A stretch of 64,000 nucleotides of DNA from Eubacteriales bacterium (GTDB taxonomy: Bacteria > Bacillota > Clostridia > Oscillospirales > QAKW01), in the NCBI GenBank assembly GCA_045545315.1, contig JAZQAR010000067.1, forward strand, positions 591 through 64,590, read 5' to 3'. The notes under the pieces are model-generated. The model saw nothing but the letters and a program-made list of their open reading frames with translations. It was not told the DNA's origin and ran no database searches. Below are positions 61,238 through 64,000 of this stretch, piece by piece (position 1 is the first letter of the stretch; each line of letters begins with the position of its first letter). A program made the position numbers and the translations under genes.

Positions 61238-64000
61238 TTACATCCGGGAAAGAACGGTAGCGATCTCGGCACGGGTCATAGATGCGTTGGGGTTCAAATA
61301 ACCCTTTTCGTCACCCACGATCAAGCCGGAAGCGACTACTGCCTGAACCTCGGCCTTCGCCCAGGATGCAACCTTGTTGCCATCCTTAAAGGAAGAGAGG
61401 TCATAGGTACCGGTCAGGTTCAAGGTTCTTGCAAAGATGGTCATAACCTCCTGACGGGTAACGGCAGCCTTGGGATTATAGTAAACCTTGCCACCTGCGC
61501 CCAGGGAGCCCTTGATGATGCCGTTATAGTAGCAAACCTTGGCATAATCCACAGCCCACTTGGAGATCTTAGCGGTATCGGCAAAGGGAACCTCTACCTT
61601 AGCATAAGCAGCAGCGTTATAACCGATCACACGGCTCATAATGATACCCAGCTGTTCGCGGGTCATCTTATCATTTGCATTAAAGGTATAAACTTCGCCC
61701 TGAACAGAGCCGGCAATATAACCCTTGGTGGTTGCATCGGCCACGTAAGCGGCATACCAATCATCTTCCTTTACGTCGGAATAAGCCTTGGTACCGAGGT
61801 TTCTGTTTACGATCAGGTCGTAATTCTCGGTCTTACCGCTTTCAGAGGTACAAACAACGTAATAGTAGTTTACGGCATATTCGCTGGCCAGGTTAAAGGA
61901 TCTTCTGTCGATCACGTGGATCGAACCTTCAACGGTTTGCGGAGCAGAGTTATAAGCAACCTCGATCTTCTTTTCCTTATCGGCATATACCTTACAGGTA
62001 GCATAGGCGTTACGGGTATTGAAGGTCACGCTCACGGTGGCGCTACTGGCGATCGCGGTGATCACGTTATTCACGATGGAGCCGGAAGTACCGGTCAGGC
62101 TCATAATCTTGGTATCATCGGAAAGCTCGCCGTTCATTACGTACATTTTGAATACGTTAATATCGGTGCCGGCGGCAGCCCATACCTGGAACACGTTGGT
62201 GCCGGACTTCAGAGGTACTGCTCTGATATCGTCGGAAGAAGAAAGTTCCTTGCTGCCATCCTCGGTAAAGATCTTATAAACCGCGCCGGGAGTGGTCTTA
62301 AAGTCAAAGGTTTCTTCGCCCAGAAGGCTGTTGCAGGTATAGTTAATTACCTTACGTCTGGGGTTTACAACCAGGTTTCCTTCGGGCAGGATACCACCCA
62401 GGATACCGGGGTCATAGGAATCGGATTTTTCACGGTTGAATACGATGGGATAAACGATGCTGATGGGAGAAACGCCCTCGGCACCCTGAGAGGTTACCCG
62501 GGCATAAACGGTATAGCCGCCATAGGGGATATAGCCGTTCAGGTCTTCTACGGGAGCGGTGCATTCCTTGTTACCAAAGAACTCCACCTTGGCACCGGGA
62601 GAAACCTTCAACTCATAGTTTACAAAAGCAGTATCCTTATCCAGATTGAAGGTATAGGTCAGACCGCTGATCACAGGAGCGGGAACCACAACGTCGGTCA
62701 GAATATCCAGGATCTCGGCCTTGGTACCCCGGTCATTCAACAGCTTCAAAGCATAGGGAGCCTTGCTCAAGCCGCCCTGGGGATCCACAACAGCCACGTA
62801 ATAAACGGTGCTTTCGCCGGCGAAGTAAACCATCTTGTTTTCAACTTCGGTGGTCAAGGTGGCATCTTCATACAGCTTCCAATCGCAACCGGTCTCAGCG
62901 ATCAGCTTGCCGGTCAGATCCAGTTTATCATAGCCCTTGCCCTTCAGATCCATCAGGATGGTTTTTTCTGCCTCATTGATGGTAGTTACTTCCTTCAAAG
63001 AAGCTTCAACGTTCACGATCTTGGGAGCGCCAACCAGGGTGGTCATTTCGGGGTCGCTATAATAGGGATACAGGAACAATTGAGAATCTTCGGCCCGCAA
63101 TACACGGTCGGCAGTCAGGCCGGTGCTGCAGTAGTTCTTGGTCAGATCCAGGATCATATCAGCCAGTTCATTGTTGGCTTCTGCGGTGGATTCGATGAAG
63201 TTCACACCTGCAGGCAGTTCAAAATAGTTTTCGTTGATCTTTACAGAATAAGTATAAGGAGTATCAAAGCCCTGGCTCACGTGGCGGGGGAACTGGAAGG
63301 GTGCAGCGTGCAGATTCTTGAAGACGTTGCCTTCTACTATCACGTTGGTACCGCCTACAGTTCTCAGGTCATAGTAGTTGTTCAGAACGAGAGGATTGGA
63401 GCCACCCTCCATAACGGTATTATTCTTGATCTGCAAAGAATAATACAACGTCTGGTGACCGGAATAGATCCGGATTATACCGTTGGCAAAGGGGAAAAAG
63501 TTGCCTTCCAGCAAGCAGGTCGTACCCATGGAGCCGTCGGTTACAGAGGTCATAATAACAGCGTAGGTAGAGTTGTTGATATAGTTGTTACGGATATTCA
63601 TACCGACCATACCGCCGATGTTGATGATGCTCTTACAAGCAAGGAAGCGGTTATTATCGATATCCAGACCGGGGCTGGAGCCCGCACCGGTATCCAGGAA
63701 ATAGTTGGCAGTAATATTAACCAGGTTGTTCCGCAGATAAGTACCGCCGCGAACGTAACCGCCGCTCAAAACGTCCTTCAGATAGCCGGAGCCGGTGAAG
63801 GCCATACCGTCAACGATCAGGTTGGCGGCTTCGGGATTGACGGTAAGGGTGGTGGTTACCACAGCCTCGCTCGACAGATCGGCGCCGTCTGCACCGGGGC
63901 GGGCGGGGTTGGGCTTGCTGATGTCGGTGGGATCGTTGGGGCACACACCGGCATAGGGACCGTAGATCTTCAAAGATGCGGTTGTGATGGTAGCAGCCTT
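61238..64000 (-). CDS. Large surface protein: right-handed beta-helix repeats, Ig/cadherin-like domains, three C-terminal SLH domains (5' end outside the window)
   Basis: The frame stays open to the window edge; the track's 'M' at 63973 is a TTG. Repeated NN-x-I/V beta-helix rungs occur (IRNNYINNST, IKNNTVMEGG, VEGNVFKNL). C-terminal SLH motifs are ...MTREQLGIIMSRV, ...VTRQEVMTIFARTL and ...MTRAEIATVLSRM. Confidence 0.8.
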   Translation of the reverse strand, partial: KAATITTASLKIYGPYAGVCPNDPTDISKPNPARPGADGADLSSEAVVTTTLTVNPEAANLIVDGMAFTGSGYLKDVLSGGYVRGGTYLRNNLVNITANYFLDTGAGSSPGLDIDNNRFLACKSIINIGGMVGMNIRNNYINNSTYAVIMTSVTDGSMGTTCLLEGNFFPFANGIIRIYSGHQTLYYSLQIKNNTVMEGGSNPLVLNNYYDLRTVGGTNVIVEGNVFKNLHAAPFQFPRHVSQGFDTPYTYSVKINENYFELPAGVNFIESTAEANNELADMILDLTKNYCSTGLTADRVLRAEDSQLFLYPYYSDPEMTTLVGAPKIVNVEASLKEVTTINEAEKTILMDLKGKGYDKLDLTGKLIAETGCDWKLYEDATLTTEVENKMVYFAGESTVYYVAVVDPQGGLSKAPYALKLLNDRGTKAEILDILTDVVVPAPVISGLTYTFNLDKDTAFVNYELKVSPGAKVEFFGNKECTAPVEDLNGYIPYGGYTVYARVTSQGAEGVSPISIVYPIVFNREKSDSYDPGILGGILPEGNLVVNPRRKVINYTCNSLLGEETFDFKTTPGAVYKIFTEDGSKELSSSDDIRAVPLKSGTNVFQVWAAAGTDINVFKMYVMNGELSDDTKIMSLTGTSGSIVNNVITAIASSATVSVTFNTRNAYATCKVYADKEKKIEVAYNSAPQTVEGSIHVIDRRSFNLASEYAVNYYYVVCTSESGKTENYDLIVNRNLGTKAYSDVKEDDWYAAYVADATTKGYIAGSVQGEVYTFNANDKMTREQLGIIMSRVIGYNAAAYAKVEVPFADTAKISKWAVDYAKVCYYNGIIKGSLGAGGKVYYNPKAAVTRQEVMTIFARTLNLTGTYDLSSFKDGNKVASWAKAEVQAVVASGLIVGDEKGYLNPNASMTRAEIATVLSRM

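Noticed and set aside
1-64000. Scan for tRNA, rRNA, CRISPR arrays, transposases, integrases, reverse transcriptases and toxin-antitoxin pairs
   Set aside because: I recognised none by eye in any intergenic region or ORF. A tRNAscan/Infernal run would be needed to exclude small RNAs formally.

Overview
A 64-kb chromosomal segment from a spore-forming Firmicute of class Clostridia. A dockerin, many SLH-domain proteins and spoIID/spoVD-type genes fit an Oscillospiraceae/Ruminococcaceae-like organism, but this taxon call is inference only. Gene order, left to right: grpE (partial) and hrcA with a CIRCE operator; a PC4/YdbC-like protein; a 1750-aa secreted triple-SGNH esterase with a C-terminal dockerin; a DUF3810-like membrane protein; mnmA; degV; fba; spoIID plus an M23 peptidase. 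Next comes an ~11-kb phage-derived block (13.9-24.8 kb). After it: dagK; an SLH-anchored amidase; dut; an RluA-family synthase; a MoxR/DUF58/transglutaminase operon; a heterodimeric ABC exporter pair; thrC-thrB; a zinc-ribbon membrane protein. Then the dcw cluster (mraZ rsmH ftsL pbp murE murF mraY ftsW murG ftsQ ftsZ); an orphan EIIC-like permease; a response regulator/histidine kinase/HtrA operon; yigZ; and two large SLH surface proteins. I recognised no rRNA, tRNA, CRISPR array, transposase or integrase. The strongest candidate for something new is the phage-derived block. It is a tightly packed set of intact genes: terminase, portal, scaffold, capsid, four post-capsid structural ORFs, and an XhlA-like/holin/M23-SLH endolysin cassette. 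An XRE / zinc-ribbon / sigma-region-4-like regulatory cassette sits at its far end. It has no integrase, no replication genes and no long-tail genes, so it could be a PBSX- or GTA-like domesticated particle locus, a capsid-forming satellite, or a minimal short-tailed prophage. All coordinates and motifs were read by eye from the sequence and ORF track. No database search was possible, so family assignments rest on recalled signature motifs.
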